DNA of 64,000 nt from Monocercomonoides exilis PA203 (Eukaryota; Protista; Preaxostyla): contig LSRY02000002.1 in assembly GCA_001643675.2 (NCBI GenBank), positions 62,001 through 126,000 on the forward strand, written 5' to 3'. Below, piece by piece: positions 41,398 to 53,300 of this stretch; the stretch's first letter is position 1; each line of letters opens with the position of its first letter. Both the position numbers and the translations under genes were made by a program. The notes below the pieces were generated by a model. It ran no database searches, was not told the origin of the DNA, and worked only from the letters and a program-made list of their open reading frames with translations.

Positions 41398-42531
41398 ATG
41401 TCTGACGATTCTTCAACACTTTCACTTGTTATTGATAATGGATCTGGGATGTGCAAAGCTGGGAATGCTGGTGAAGATGCACCAAGAGCTGTTTTTCCAA
41501 GCATTATTGGTCGTCCAAGAACAACATCAATTATTATTGGCTCAGGTGATAAAGAGTGCTATATTGGAGATGAGGCCCAGTTGAGGAGAGGAATTCTAGA
41601 GTTACACTATCCAATTGATCATGGAATTGTAAATAACTGGGAGGAAATGGAAATGATTTGGCATCACACTTATTTCAATGAATTGCGTGTACGTCCTGAA
41701 GAACATCCTGTGTTGCTTACTGAAGCTCCGTTGAACCCAAAGGCAAACAGAGAGAAGATGACAACAATTATGTTTGAAACGTTTAACGTTCCTGCAATGT
41801 ATGTTCAGATACAAGCGGTGCTATCGCTGTACTCAACTGGACGAACAACTGGAGTGGTTGTGGATTCTGGAGATGGTGTGACACATACAGTGCCAATATA
41901 TGAAGGGTACAACTTGCCACATGCCGTAAGGAGAATGGATCTTGCAGGAAGAGATCTTACAGACATGATGATGAGGATATTGTTGGAGAGAGGATACTCA
42001 TTTAGAACATCGGCAGAGCGTGAAATTGTGCGAGATATCAAAGAAAAATTGTGTTATGTTGCTCTTGATTTTAATGCTGAGATGGAAAAGGCAGCCTCAT
42101 CATCAGCAATTGACAAAAATTATGAGATGCCAGATGGTCAGATACTTACGATTGGAAATGAAAGATTTAGATGCCCAGAGACTCTGTTTCAACCCAATTT
42201 GATTCATATGGAGGAGACTGGAATACATGAAAAGACTTACGAATCTATCATGAAGTGCGATGTTGATATCAGGCGTGATTTGTATGGAGAAGTTGTGATG
42301 TCTGGTGGAACAACCATGTTTAGCGGTATTGCCGAGAGACTGCACAAGGAACTCACAGCTCTTGCACCGTCCTCAATGAAAGTTCAAATTTCAGCTCAAC
42401 CTGAGCGCAAATATTGCGTGTGGATCGGAGGTTCTATTCTTGCATCTCTTAACACATTCCAGCAAATGTGGATATCAAAGGAAGAATATGATGAATGTGG
42501 TGCTTCTATTGTGCATAAGAAATGTTTTTGA
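41398..42531 (+). CDS. ACT: Actin, copy 1 (intronless, 377 aa)
   Basis: [66 protein letters not shown]-terminal HKKCF. Confidence 0.98.
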   Translation: MSDDSSTLSLVIDNGSGMCKAGNAGEDAPRAVFPSIIGRPRTTSIIIGSGDKECYIGDEAQLRRGILELHYPIDHGIVNNWEEMEMIWHHTYFNELRVRPEEHPVLLTEAPLNPKANREKMTTIMFETFNVPAMYVQIQAVLSLYSTGRTTGVVVDSGDGVTHTVPIYEGYNLPHAVRRMDLAGRDLTDMMMRILLERGYSFRTSAEREIVRDIKEKLCYVALDFNAEMEKAASSSAIDKNYEMPDGQILTIGNERFRCPETLFQPNLIHMEETGIHEKTYESIMKCDVDIRRDLYGEVVMSGGTTMFSGIAERLHKELTALAPSSMKVQISAQPERKYCVWIGGSILASLNTFQQMWISKEEYDECGASIVHKKCF

Positions 42532-43076
42532 GATAAGCATATTCTCATTCTGTTGCAAGTTTTCAAAATTAAATTGAGAAAAGGAATAGGCAAGGATATG
42601 CAGCCATGTTTATGTGTATCTTTCCATTTCTTTAAACGTTTAGTGCGATCTAGTTTATTGTTTGAGTTTGTATTTTCTTTAATAAGTTACTATTTTTGTA
42701 GAATATTTAATTTTTTTATTAAATATTGTTAGTTTAAGTTTTTTTGTAATTATTTGTTTTAATGTCGACATATTTTAATTTTATTGATTTTTTACCAAAA
42801 TTTGCCTTTTATGTTTTCCTGTTAAGTGGAAAAATATGATTGTTTGTTGAATAATTAAGTCTCTCTTTATTATTTAAATAAATTTGAAACATTGTTAAAA
42901 ACAAAAATGGATATGAATTTATTTCTATCAATTTACATGGTTGCACAAATAAATATTCATAATAAGAATTTTCACTACCAAATTAATAATTTCAAATATT
43001 TCCAATTGAAAAAAAAATTTCAAAATAAAAAAAAAAAAAAAAATTATAAAAAATAATAATTGTTTAAAATTCATTT

Positions 43077-43254
43077 GGGACAAAATATTTTTCTTTATGA
43101 ATTTTGTTCCATTCTTCTCTAACAAACATTTTTCTCAATTTTTGAATTTTTCTGGAATTATTTGCATCGTTACGATTGATTTATAATGAAATGATTGAAG
43201 AAAAAGTTTGGAACAAATCTCAGTTTTTTTTCATAATTGCAAAATTTTTGCCCC
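43077..43254 (-). mobile_element. MITE-like element, copy B (inside left arm)
   Basis: Reverse complement of copy C; GGGACAAAATA...TTTTTGCCCC flanked by ATTT direct repeat. Confidence 0.75.
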
Positions 43255-43562
43255 ATTTGTTTAAAATGTTTATGACAAACTCATGATAATTCCAATGTTT
43301 AAGGGAAAGTTAAATTTTTTGTAAAATATCATTTGATCCTGAATATGTTTTTTACTGTTGAACAGAAAATTATTATTATGTTTGCAAATTATTTCATTTT
43401 CGGTAATTTCTAGTGTGGTGATTTATTTATCCGGGTAAAATATTTATTTACTATTTTGTAATAAATTTCAATAGAAAACTGGCAATGATTGCAATATCAA
43501 TAAATAATTGCAAATTTAATAGTTTCAAACAAAACTTTTTTCAATTGACTTAATCTCAAGAT

Positions 43563-43737
43563 GAAGTGAATTTTTTGCTTTTTCGAAAAAAGTTTCCCAT
43601 TTATTCTTGGCTTTTTCTGCTTTTATTTCACAACAAATCTAACATTACTGCACAAATCTTTTTAGATTATCAAAAAAACAAAAATGATTCGAAAATGTTG
43701 TGTGGAACAAAATTCAGAAACATTTCTATTTTGTCTC
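43563..43737 (+). mobile_element. Decayed MITE-like copy at the inner arm/spacer junction
   Basis: Ungapped match to the left end (TTTTGC-6nt-GAAAAAA-7nt-ATTT.TTC-4nt-CTTTTTC) and right end (TGGAACAAAATTCA-10nt-TATTTTGTCTC vs ...GTCCC); the terminal GGGGC is missing. Confidence 0.55.
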
Positions 43738-44730
43738 ATATGGGTTATTCATTTTGAAAAGTTGCAAATGCTTTATTTTCAATTGAAGAAAATTTTCATG
43801 TTTTTCTCAAATTTCTGTTTCCACTGACGAATCTTCTTTGGAATGTCTGAACTAGCATTATGCAGAAATGGTTTCCGTATTTGTGAAGCTTGTTGCATGT
43901 GGGTTATTATTTTTGAAATCATAACTTTTTTTCGGTGTGTTGATAATTTTGAAAATTTCAAGAAATAGAAAATATAATTTTCCTTAATATGTTTTATTCA
44001 TCTCATTTGTCTAAATTGAAAATGGATGATGTGAAAAAATTACAGAGATGTTTTTAATTGGAGTTTTCTCTTTTCTGTGTTCATTAACAAGCATTAGAAG
44101 TGAAAATTCAAACCGAAATGAGCAAAATATTTTGCTTCAGGCATATTTTATTGAAAAATTATGCACTTTTCAATGACTTTTTTATTCAAAAAACCATAAT
44201 AAAAAAGTGTTCATTTTTTGACATTCGCTGAATTTCACAATTCTTTATGTTATGATTTCAACGATGCCTGTTTATGGATATGAAAATCAAATTTATTTTG
44301 AAATCTGAGAAAGTGAAATAAAGGAATGAGTAAAACAACTTTTTTGAGCTATGTTCATTAAAAGCTTAAAACTCCTTATTTCACAATTAATTTATTTTAA
44401 AAATAGAAAAAAAATTCACTTCATCTTGAGATTAAGTCAATTGAAAAAAGTTTTGTTTGAAACTATTAAATTTGCAATTATTTATTGATATTGCAATCAT
44501 TGCCAGTTTTCTATTGAAATTTATTACAAAATAGTAAATAAATATTTTACCCGGATAAATAAATCACCACACTAGAAATTACCGAAAATGAAATAATTTG
44601 CAAACATAATAATAATTTTCTGTTCAACAGTAAAAAACATATTCAGGATCAAATGATATTTTACAAAAAATTTAACTTTCCCTTAAACATTGGAATTATC
44701 ATGAGTTTGTCATAAACATTTTAAACAAAT

Positions 44731-44908
44731 GGGGCAAAAATTTTGCAATTATGAAAAAAAACTGAGATTTGTTCCAAACTTTTTCTTCAATCATTTCATT
44801 ATAAATCAATCGTAACGATGCAAATAATTCCAGAAAAATTCAAAAATTGAGAAAAATGTTTGTTAGAGAAGAATGGAACAAAATTCATAAAGAAAAATAT
44901 TTTGTCCC
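44731..44908 (+). mobile_element. MITE-like element, copy C (inside right arm, 178 bp)
   Basis: GGGGCAAAAATTTTG...AAAATATTTTGTCCC flanked by direct repeat AAAT(G); same length as copy A with a different TSD. Confidence 0.75.
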
Positions 44909-45450
44909 AAATGAATTTTAAACAATTATTATTTTTTATAATTTTTTTTTTTTTTTTATTTTGAAATTTTTTTTCAATTGGAAATATTTGAAATTATTAA
45001 TTTGGTAGTGAAAATTCTTATTATGAATATTTATTTGTGCAACCATGTAAATTGATAGAAATAAATTCATATCCATTTTTGTTTTTAACAATGTTTCAAA
45101 TTTATTTAAATAATAAAGAGAGACTTAATTATTCAACAAACAATCATATTTTTCCACTTAACAGGAAAACATAAAAGGCAAATTTTGGTAAAAAATCAAT
45201 AAAATTAAAATATGTCGACATTAAAACAAATAATTACAAAAAACTTAAACTAACAATATTTAATAAAAAAATTAAATATTCTACAAAAATAGTAACTTAT
45301 TAAAGAAAATACAAACTCAAACAATAAACTAGATCGCACTAAACGTTTAAAGAAATGGAAAGATACACATAAACATGGCTGCATATCCTTGCCTATTCCT
45401 TTTCTCAATTTAATTTTGAAAACTTGCAACAGAATGAGAATATGCTTATC

Positions 45451-46584
45451 TCAAAAACATTTCTTATGCACAATAGAAGCACCACATTCATCATATTCTT
45501 CCTTTGATATCCACATTTGCTGGAATGTGTTAAGAGATGCAAGAATAGAACCTCCGATCCACACGCAATATTTGCGCTCAGGTTGAGCTGAAATTTGAAC
45601 TTTCATTGAGGACGGTGCAAGAGCTGTGAGTTCCTTGTGCAGTCTCTCGGCAATACCGCTAAACATGGTTGTTCCACCAGACATCACAACTTCTCCATAC
45701 AAATCACGCCTGATATCAACATCGCACTTCATGATAGATTCGTAAGTCTTTTCATGTATTCCAGTCTCCTCCATATGAATCAAATTGGGTTGAAACAGAG
45801 TCTCTGGGCATCTAAATCTTTCATTTCCAATCGTAAGTATCTGACCATCTGGCATCTCATAATTTTTGTCAATTGCTGATGATGAGGCTGCCTTTTCCAT
45901 CTCAGCATTAAAATCAAGAGCAACATAACACAATTTTTCTTTGATATCTCGCACAATTTCACGCTCTGCCGATGTTCTAAATGAGTATCCTCTCTCCAAC
46001 AATATCCTCATCATCATGTCTGTAAGATCTCTTCCTGCAAGATCCATTCTCCTTACGGCATGTGGCAAGTTGTACCCTTCATATATTGGCACTGTATGTG
46101 TCACACCATCTCCAGAATCCACAACCACTCCAGTTGTTCGTCCAGTTGAGTACAGCGATAGCACCGCTTGTATCTGAACATACATTGCAGGAACGTTAAA
46201 CGTTTCAAACATAATTGTTGTCATCTTCTCTCTGTTTGCCTTTGGGTTCAACGGAGCTTCAGTAAGCAACACAGGATGTTCTTCAGGACGTACACGCAAT
46301 TCATTGAAATAAGTGTGATGCCAAATCATTTCCATTTCCTCCCAGTTATTTACAATTCCATGATCAATTGGATAGTGTAACTCTAGAATTCCTCTCCTCA
46401 ACTGGGCCTCATCTCCAATATAGCACTCTTTATCACCTGAGCCAATAATAATTGATGTTGTTCTTGGACGACCAATAATGCTTGGAAAAACAGCTCTTGG
46501 TGCATCTTCACCAGCATTCCCAGCTTTGCACATCCCAGATCCATTATCAATAACAAGTGAAAGTGTTGAAGAATCGTCAGACAT
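45451..46584 (-). CDS. ACT: Actin, copy 2 (protein identical to copy 1)
   Basis: ORF translation identical to 41398-42531. Confidence 0.98.
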   Translation of the reverse strand: MSDDSSTLSLVIDNGSGMCKAGNAGEDAPRAVFPSIIGRPRTTSIIIGSGDKECYIGDEAQLRRGILELHYPIDHGIVNNWEEMEMIWHHTYFNELRVRPEEHPVLLTEAPLNPKANREKMTTIMFETFNVPAMYVQIQAVLSLYSTGRTTGVVVDSGDGVTHTVPIYEGYNLPHAVRRMDLAGRDLTDMMMRILLERGYSFRTSAEREIVRDIKEKLCYVALDFNAEMEKAASSSAIDKNYEMPDGQILTIGNERFRCPETLFQPNLIHMEETGIHEKTYESIMKCDVDIRRDLYGEVVMSGGTTMFSGIAERLHKELTALAPSSMKVQISAQPERKYCVWIGGSILASLNTFQQMWISKEEYDECGASIVHKKCF

Positions 46585-47358
46585 GTTTATTATTCAAATC
46601 TATTTTTATTTATGAGATTGAGAGTTTCGTAACTATCTTAAATAAGATTTTGTTTTAATTTGATCTAACCCCTATTATTTTTCATATTTGGTTTTGAAAA
46701 AATTTTCAATAATTTTTTGAAGTGTGTGAAGAAGAATAAATTCCATAAAAGATAATTTCTTCTATTGTGCAAATATCTCGTCATGTTCGTTGTTTCACAT
46801 ACATTTCTTTTTATTGCATTAGTTTTTAATTTTTGATTAAATTTCAAATAGAGGGAATTTATGAATTTCAAAATTTGCAGAGAAATAATGTTGAATTGAA
46901 CAAATGGATTTTGATATCAAGAAATAAATGAGATTTTTTATCATATTCGAAAGCTTATTAATCAAACATTTTAAAAGATATAATCTGCGAAAGAAAAAAA
47001 TAATGTTATTCTCTTTTGTTTAAAATAAAGAATTAACCAAAATTGAGAATTCAAAGGTGATAAAAATGAATTGAGACAAAAAATTATTACAACACGAAAA
47101 ATTCTTTGTGACAGTTCTAAAAATCAATTACAAAAACCACGAAATATGATAATTGGAAATTATTACAAAAAAACATTCAAACACAAAAAGATGTAATTTA
47201 TTTCTATATTTTGCAAATAATCTAATTCAAAACAACAAAACTATTTCTCCAAAAGTAATCAAATTGTATTCATCTTCAATCCGATTACTGCAATTTCTTT
47301 CCAAAAAAATAATAACATTTCTTATTTTAATGATAAAACAAGCAAGTCCCTCTGCATT

Positions 47359-50300
47359 TCAGGTGATTTTCGCTCTTGCCAAATCTGGTTTCCCGTCTTT
47401 GTTGAACATTCCACGCGACATTGCGACCAGGCGCATGGGAGGAGGGACAATTCCAGTCTCTATCATCAGCTCTTCGCTCCTCTCTCTCTCAGACTTTTCA
47501 GTCTTCGCTGGCTTTATGGCGGCACCGACCACAAAACGGGACGAAAGGGAGCGTTTGTTGAAAGCAGAAGAAGGATACTCACGAGACAACGAAGAGGAAG
47601 TGGAGAAGACAGAAGAAGAGGAAAGAGAAGAGCGGGGACGAGTACGAAGCGAAAGGAAAGAGGAAGAGGCGGAGGAGGAAGAAACAGAAGAGGCGTTTGT
47701 TGAGGCTGAAGTGCAAGACGAAGGACGAGGTGTGCTGAAACAGTTAGAGCGGCGAGTCATCGAAGTGGCTGGATGCGAAATGGAAGAAGATGGCCTGAGT
47801 GAATTCTGAAGTGCCGACGAATGAAACGAAGAGGAAGAGGCTGACGAGCCAACAGGAGGTGAAAGTGAATGAGGAGGAACAAGGCTGTTGATTGAGCATT
47901 CGTCTTCTGCGCTTTTGAATGCCTGCTGAGAAGACATTTTGGTGTTGGAATCAGAATAGAAGCTCTGAGTGAAGGAAAGTGATGGTGATTGCGAGGCCGG
48001 AGGAAGAGGAAAATGAGATGCTGCTAAGAAAGACGAGGCAAACGTGGGGATGAGCAGCGGCTGGCCACTCGAAGTGAACTTCACTCCGCTGTTTTCTGCC
48101 CATCCACGAACACTCTGCACTTCTGGCTCTTCTTCTTCTATTTCTCTTTCTTTCTCTTTCTCTCTCTCTTTCTCCTCCTCTTCTTTCTTGGCTCTCATTC
48201 GCTCTTTGCGTCGAATCCGTTCTTCGTATCCCTCAAATATCGATGACTCGTTGCTTGCGATTGTATCCATCGTCGATTCGGAAGATGTCAAATTCATTCT
48301 TCCACTTCTTGTTGTGCCTCTATTCATCATTTGTGCAGTTGCTTCTTTTGCCCCTTCTTCTGCCCCATTGCCAACCTTCTTTCTTCCTTTCCGAATTTCT
48401 CTTTCCTCTTCCTTCTTTTGCCTCAGCGACTCAAGTTTCAGAGATTTCCGATACAAATCAATAGTCCCATCTTCCACAAGACCGACTTGACACAGCTGTT
48501 TCATCGGTGCATTTTCAGCTTCATCACTTTCGCTCCCTCTTTCGCTTTCTCCTTCTACTCCTTCTCCTTCTCCCTCCTCCTCTCCTCTTTCTCCTCTTTC
48601 TCCTTCTGTTCTGTCTGAGTAGATCTGCGCAGGTGGAAGAAGCGGATACTGCTTTTGTGCAGCCAAAGAGCGAGTGTTCAAAAGAGGGCGCTGGATTGGT
48701 GGCGCAGACAGTCTCATTTTATTCGCATTGACAGACGAAACAAGACGAGCACTCCCCACAGCTGGTGTGTGCGAGGCAGAAGACGACGTTGAAGAAGGCA
48801 GATTCGACGCAGAAAGAAAGAGACTCTGTGAATTGCGCCGGCTGAATGCGCTTTTTGCTCTGTTTGGATGCAGCTTCAATGCAACTTGCCTGCCGAGCTG
48901 TTCTTTCTCTTCCTGTTCTGCTGCCATTTCCTGTCTGCTCAGCAGAATCGCCGCCAAGTTGTCTTCGGTGATGCACCTCGAGTCGTCCATCGAGTGATCA
49001 CTCAGAACTTTCCACATTCCATCAATCTTCTTCATCAGCTCTTCGCACTTGTCTCTGATCTCTCCAAACGTCCACTTCATCTCAACACTTCGGCTCGTCT
49101 GCTTCTCATTCGCTTCAATCTTTTGGCTGCTTCGCTGCAAAGCAGCATCTTTTGCCAACCCTTTATTAGAAGCATAGTCATTGTTTGCAGTTCTTCCCTT
49201 TTGCGAACTCAAATTTGATGCATTCTTTTCCCTTCTGACAATTCGAGGCTTCTTCAGAACTGAACGAACAGCCGATGTCACATCCACAAACCTACCGTCT
49301 CTCGGCGGAGGAGCACGTGTTGAGCGGACAGCTGTGGCGAGTGAGAAGAGCATGTCGCGTGCTGTTGAAGAGAGGCCCTGTTGATTAGGCTGCTGCAGTT
49401 TAGCTACAGCAGGTGTGTCTGTGCTCGCACTCCCCAGAGAGGCAAAAGAGCGGAAACCAGCTGGAATCTGAGATGACAAAGAAGAAGAAGAAGAAGAAGA
49501 AGAAGATGATGATGATGATTGTGATTTTGTGCCTAAAACAGCAGCAGAAGTTGTTGGGCGCAAACGAGCAGTGGATGCAGCAGTAGAAGCTGTGGAAGAA
49601 GACAGAGAAGAAGAAGTAGAGGAAATAAAAGAAGGGGCAAAAGAAGCATTAGTAAATGTCTGGGAATCGTTGCTGCCTGCAAAAAGCAACCTTGACATTT
49701 GCGACGGGAGAGAAGCAGTGGAAGAGCGGAGAGCAGCTGTCGAAGGCAGCTCAGCTGTTGATGCAATCAAAGAATGTGTCGATGAAGCCATCCCGCCTTC
49801 TGCTTTCTTTCCTGTTTTCTTCATCTCTGCTGGCTTTGAAGACATCGCCTGGTTCAGAATGAATCGACTTCCTTTGCTTTCTGTTTCTGCTGAAAACGTC
49901 TTCACAAACGGCGAAACGGCATAAAACAGATCTTTCGGAATTTGCTGTTCTCTCGGCTTTTCGTGCTCTGCTATTCTGATTCCGTCCATCGAAGACTCGA
50001 GTGCAGGCATCCGTGTGCCTGAATGAGAGGGGTCGACTGTATCTGTTACGAAGCTGTCGCAAAGATGAAGCACAAACTCGAACTCGCCATTGGTGAGGGT
50101 GTTGATGTTAGGGCCGAAGGAAGTGGAGAGGATGGAGTGTGTTGCTGCTCGAAGGCAGAAGAGGCAGAAGGGATGGAAGAAGATGAAGCCAGCCTCCTGA
50201 AAAGAAGAGATTTCGTGGAAGAAAGGGGCAGATGCGTGCATCAGCGAGAGATATGTCTGCTGGATCAACGGAGTGGAGAAGGGAGGGATTTCACAACTGT

Positions 50301-53300
50301 GCATGGCGCCAGAGGTGAAGATGAAAGGAGACGTCTTCGCAGCATTGAGCTGTCTTTGATTGCTTGCTGAAGAACGAGACATTTTTGAGAGGGGAGTGTG
50401 CGGAGAAGTCAGCTGAGAGAATGTCTCGTTGTGCGGGCTGAGAGGCGACAGAGGCGCGAGATAAGAAGAAGAAGAAGAAGGCGTCGGAAAAGAGAAGAAA
50501 GAATGAGCAGAAGAATTTGACATGTACGATGATGCGGAAAGAGGCGGGCCAGAAGCGCGTGCAGATGTTGGGGTGACAGCAGTCATCTGCTTCTGAATCT
50601 GCCGCTCGACCTGCTCTTCCATCCTTTTGTGCTCCATCGAGTTTTCTGGATTGGGCAGCGAAATCAGATGGAGCGTGTGGCACACACTCAACATCACATT
50701 CTTCAGGGCAGGCGACATCCGGTCGATAAAATGCTTCTTTTCGTTGTTCGTCAGAAATGCAAAGTGGAAGCGCGGGTCGTATTGCTCAACCATCTGCCTG
50801 TCAGTCGATGGAGGCGAAGAGGCAACAGACAGAACAAGAGAATAATTGCGCAGTTTGGAGAAAGAAGAAGAAGAAGAAGATGCTTCACGTTTATCTTCAG
50901 ACAAGTCACACGAAGACCTCACTCCTTTCAGAAGTCGACTGGGATTTGAGTCAAATGCATGCTCATTCAATGAGCGGCGTGTGACAGAGCCAGAAAAGGG
51001 ACGAGAATGTGCCTCTTGATTGGGGAAAGAGTGTCTGAGTGCTGTTTCATCTTGCAGAGGGACTGAGCCGCTCAAAGGGAAAAAGAACGGCATCACAAAG
51101 AGCAAATAGCAGAGGCGCACGAACAGCCTCACGATCCGGTTGAACTGCGGGTGATGGACCAGTCTGATTGCATATGACACACACGCCCGGTGGACACGGT
51201 GCGAAACACGGTCAAATGGAAACACATCGACAAACGCCTTCAAATAGAGGGAGATCTCAAATGGTGTGGGATCAGGCACAATCAGCCGCGCCTCTTCAAA
51301 CGAGAGCTCAAGATCTTCTTCCTCTAAAGGCTTCTGGTTGTCTTTGTGCGCTGAAGGATCAGAAGAAGAAGGAGCAGCGGCAGCAGAAGGAGGAGGAGCG
51401 AGTTTGAGATCGATGCATCGTTGCTTTTCAGCCTCTCTTTCTTTCTCCTCGTTCTCTGCCATTTCGTCCTCTCTCCTTTGCCTCGCCAGCATCAGAGCGT
51501 GTTCCTTCAGATCTTCTGCTGTCGCTGGCTCTTTGATGGTGAATGCAACACCACCTGCACTTTTGACCATCCTCTTCTTCAGCACCACTTTCACTCCGTT
51601 CTTCGTTGTTGTCTCGAGCTGTCCAGAAACAGTTGGCTGTGAGGCAACTGAAGACGATTGTGAAGACGAATCAGAAGTGATGATGGCGTTGTCCAGCTGC
51701 CGCATCCAGAAGCTGGTGCTTGTTGGATCGCCAATGCCATCTTTCTCCTTCTCTCTCAGACGCATTCGCCTGTTTTCCTGGAGATTCGCTTTGTACTCCA
51801 AAAGCTCGTCCACATCGAACAATTCTGACCCTTTGTCGATGTTGAATTCTGAAGCATTTTCGTCTTCCGAAGTGAACAGCCCGATTCCTGACTCAACAAG
51901 CCTGCTGTTCTTTTGCTCACGAAGATTGGCTGCCTTTTTCAGTTCCTTTGCCTCCCTCTCTGCCTCAGCTCTTTCTTTGATCCTCTTTTTCATGTAGAAC
52001 AAGAACCGCTGGTTGACATCGCGTGTGTGTGTCAAGCAGAACGGATACACAAACATTGCTTCGATTTCAACCCACCTCATTTTCGGAGGCTCAATGCGAA
52101 GATTCAGCAGAAACCTCAAATACGATGCTGGCGTGTATGACGATGCAAGGACATACTCTGGATCAACTGCCTGCGCTTTTTCTTTCATTTTCTTCTTCGC
52201 CTCTTCTTCCTCTCGCAGTTTGGCTTCTCTTTCAGCTGCCTCTTCTTCATCCAGAAATTCATCATCATCGTCCTCGTCTTCTTCTTCGTCCTCATCTTCA
52301 TCTTCATATTCATCGTCGTCTTCATTATCTTCACCATCACCATCATCATCGTCATCTCCGTTTCTGTTCCATTCATCTTGTTTTGCACCCGCTTCTCTGC
52401 TTTGCCCTTCCTGCTTCATATTTTGACTCAAATGAAACAGTCTTTCTTCTCTTTTGGCTTGCCTCTTTCTTTCCCTCTCCTTCTTTTTCTCTTCGAGCAT
52501 CGCCTTCCGCTTTGCCTCCTTTTCTTGCTCTTCTTTCTTCCTTTCCTCGTCTCTTTCGCCGTAATGCCCAAATATCTTCCAAATGCGATTCATGTCTTGC
52601 TTTCTGATCAGATTGCCCACAAACCCTGCTTCCAACGGATGCTTCCGCAAATACTCTCTTCGCTCTTTCCGTGGCATCCCCCGAATCTCCCTCTTCTTCC
52701 TCTTCCTCTCCTCCTCTTCTGCCTCCAGCGCAATCAGGTGCCCGTAGTACCTCACACCACACTCCTCTCCTTTCGTGTCCACTTGCTCCAGCTCATTCGA
52801 CTCCAGAATCTCGCCAAGCTCACTCGACATCAGCGACTTCATCGAAGGCGACACGCGGTGGAAGGCAGACTCCGATTCAGCACTCGAATTAGACACCTCG
52901 TTTTTGGCTCCTTTTCTCCTTTGGCTTTTTGCAGAGCTTTGCGGAGACTGCCTCCGAGTGGATGCACCAGAACTTGGAGGAGACGAATGCTTCGATGAAG
53001 GAGATGAGCGCTCATTTGAGGCAAATGTGTTTGACGGGTCAGCCGAAGAAGACGGCATCGAAAGAAGCGGAGTGGCAGTAAAAGAAGAAGTGGAGCTTTT
53101 TGAGGGTGCTTTTTGTGTTATGTCTTTCAAAAAACGCGGCTGGTGCTTTCTGTCCAATTTGTACTTCTTCGTGGAAAATGGCTTGTTCGCAGCGGAAAAA
53201 GAAAAAGGCTGACTCAGCCTTTCCATCGCTTCTTTTTGGCTCCTGTGCTTTTTGCCTTCATTCGATTGGGCTGTTGCAGCTGTAGAAATCGGCTCTGTTT

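Larger units (their letters stand above)
41189..43576 (+). repeat. Left arm of ~2.39-kb inverted repeat (actin + ~209 bp upstream + ~1.05 kb downstream)
   Basis: Reverse complement of 44409-46793. Differences I found: one substitution (41198) and three 1-bp homopolymer length differences. Confidence 0.95.
44409..46793 (-). repeat. Right arm of ~2.39-kb inverted repeat
   Basis: Reverse complement of 41189-43576. Confidence 0.95.

Noticed and set aside
47153-47809. 218-aa plus-strand ORF
   Set aside because: Non-ATG start in AT-rich intergenic DNA, continuing antisense to the uncharacterised gene
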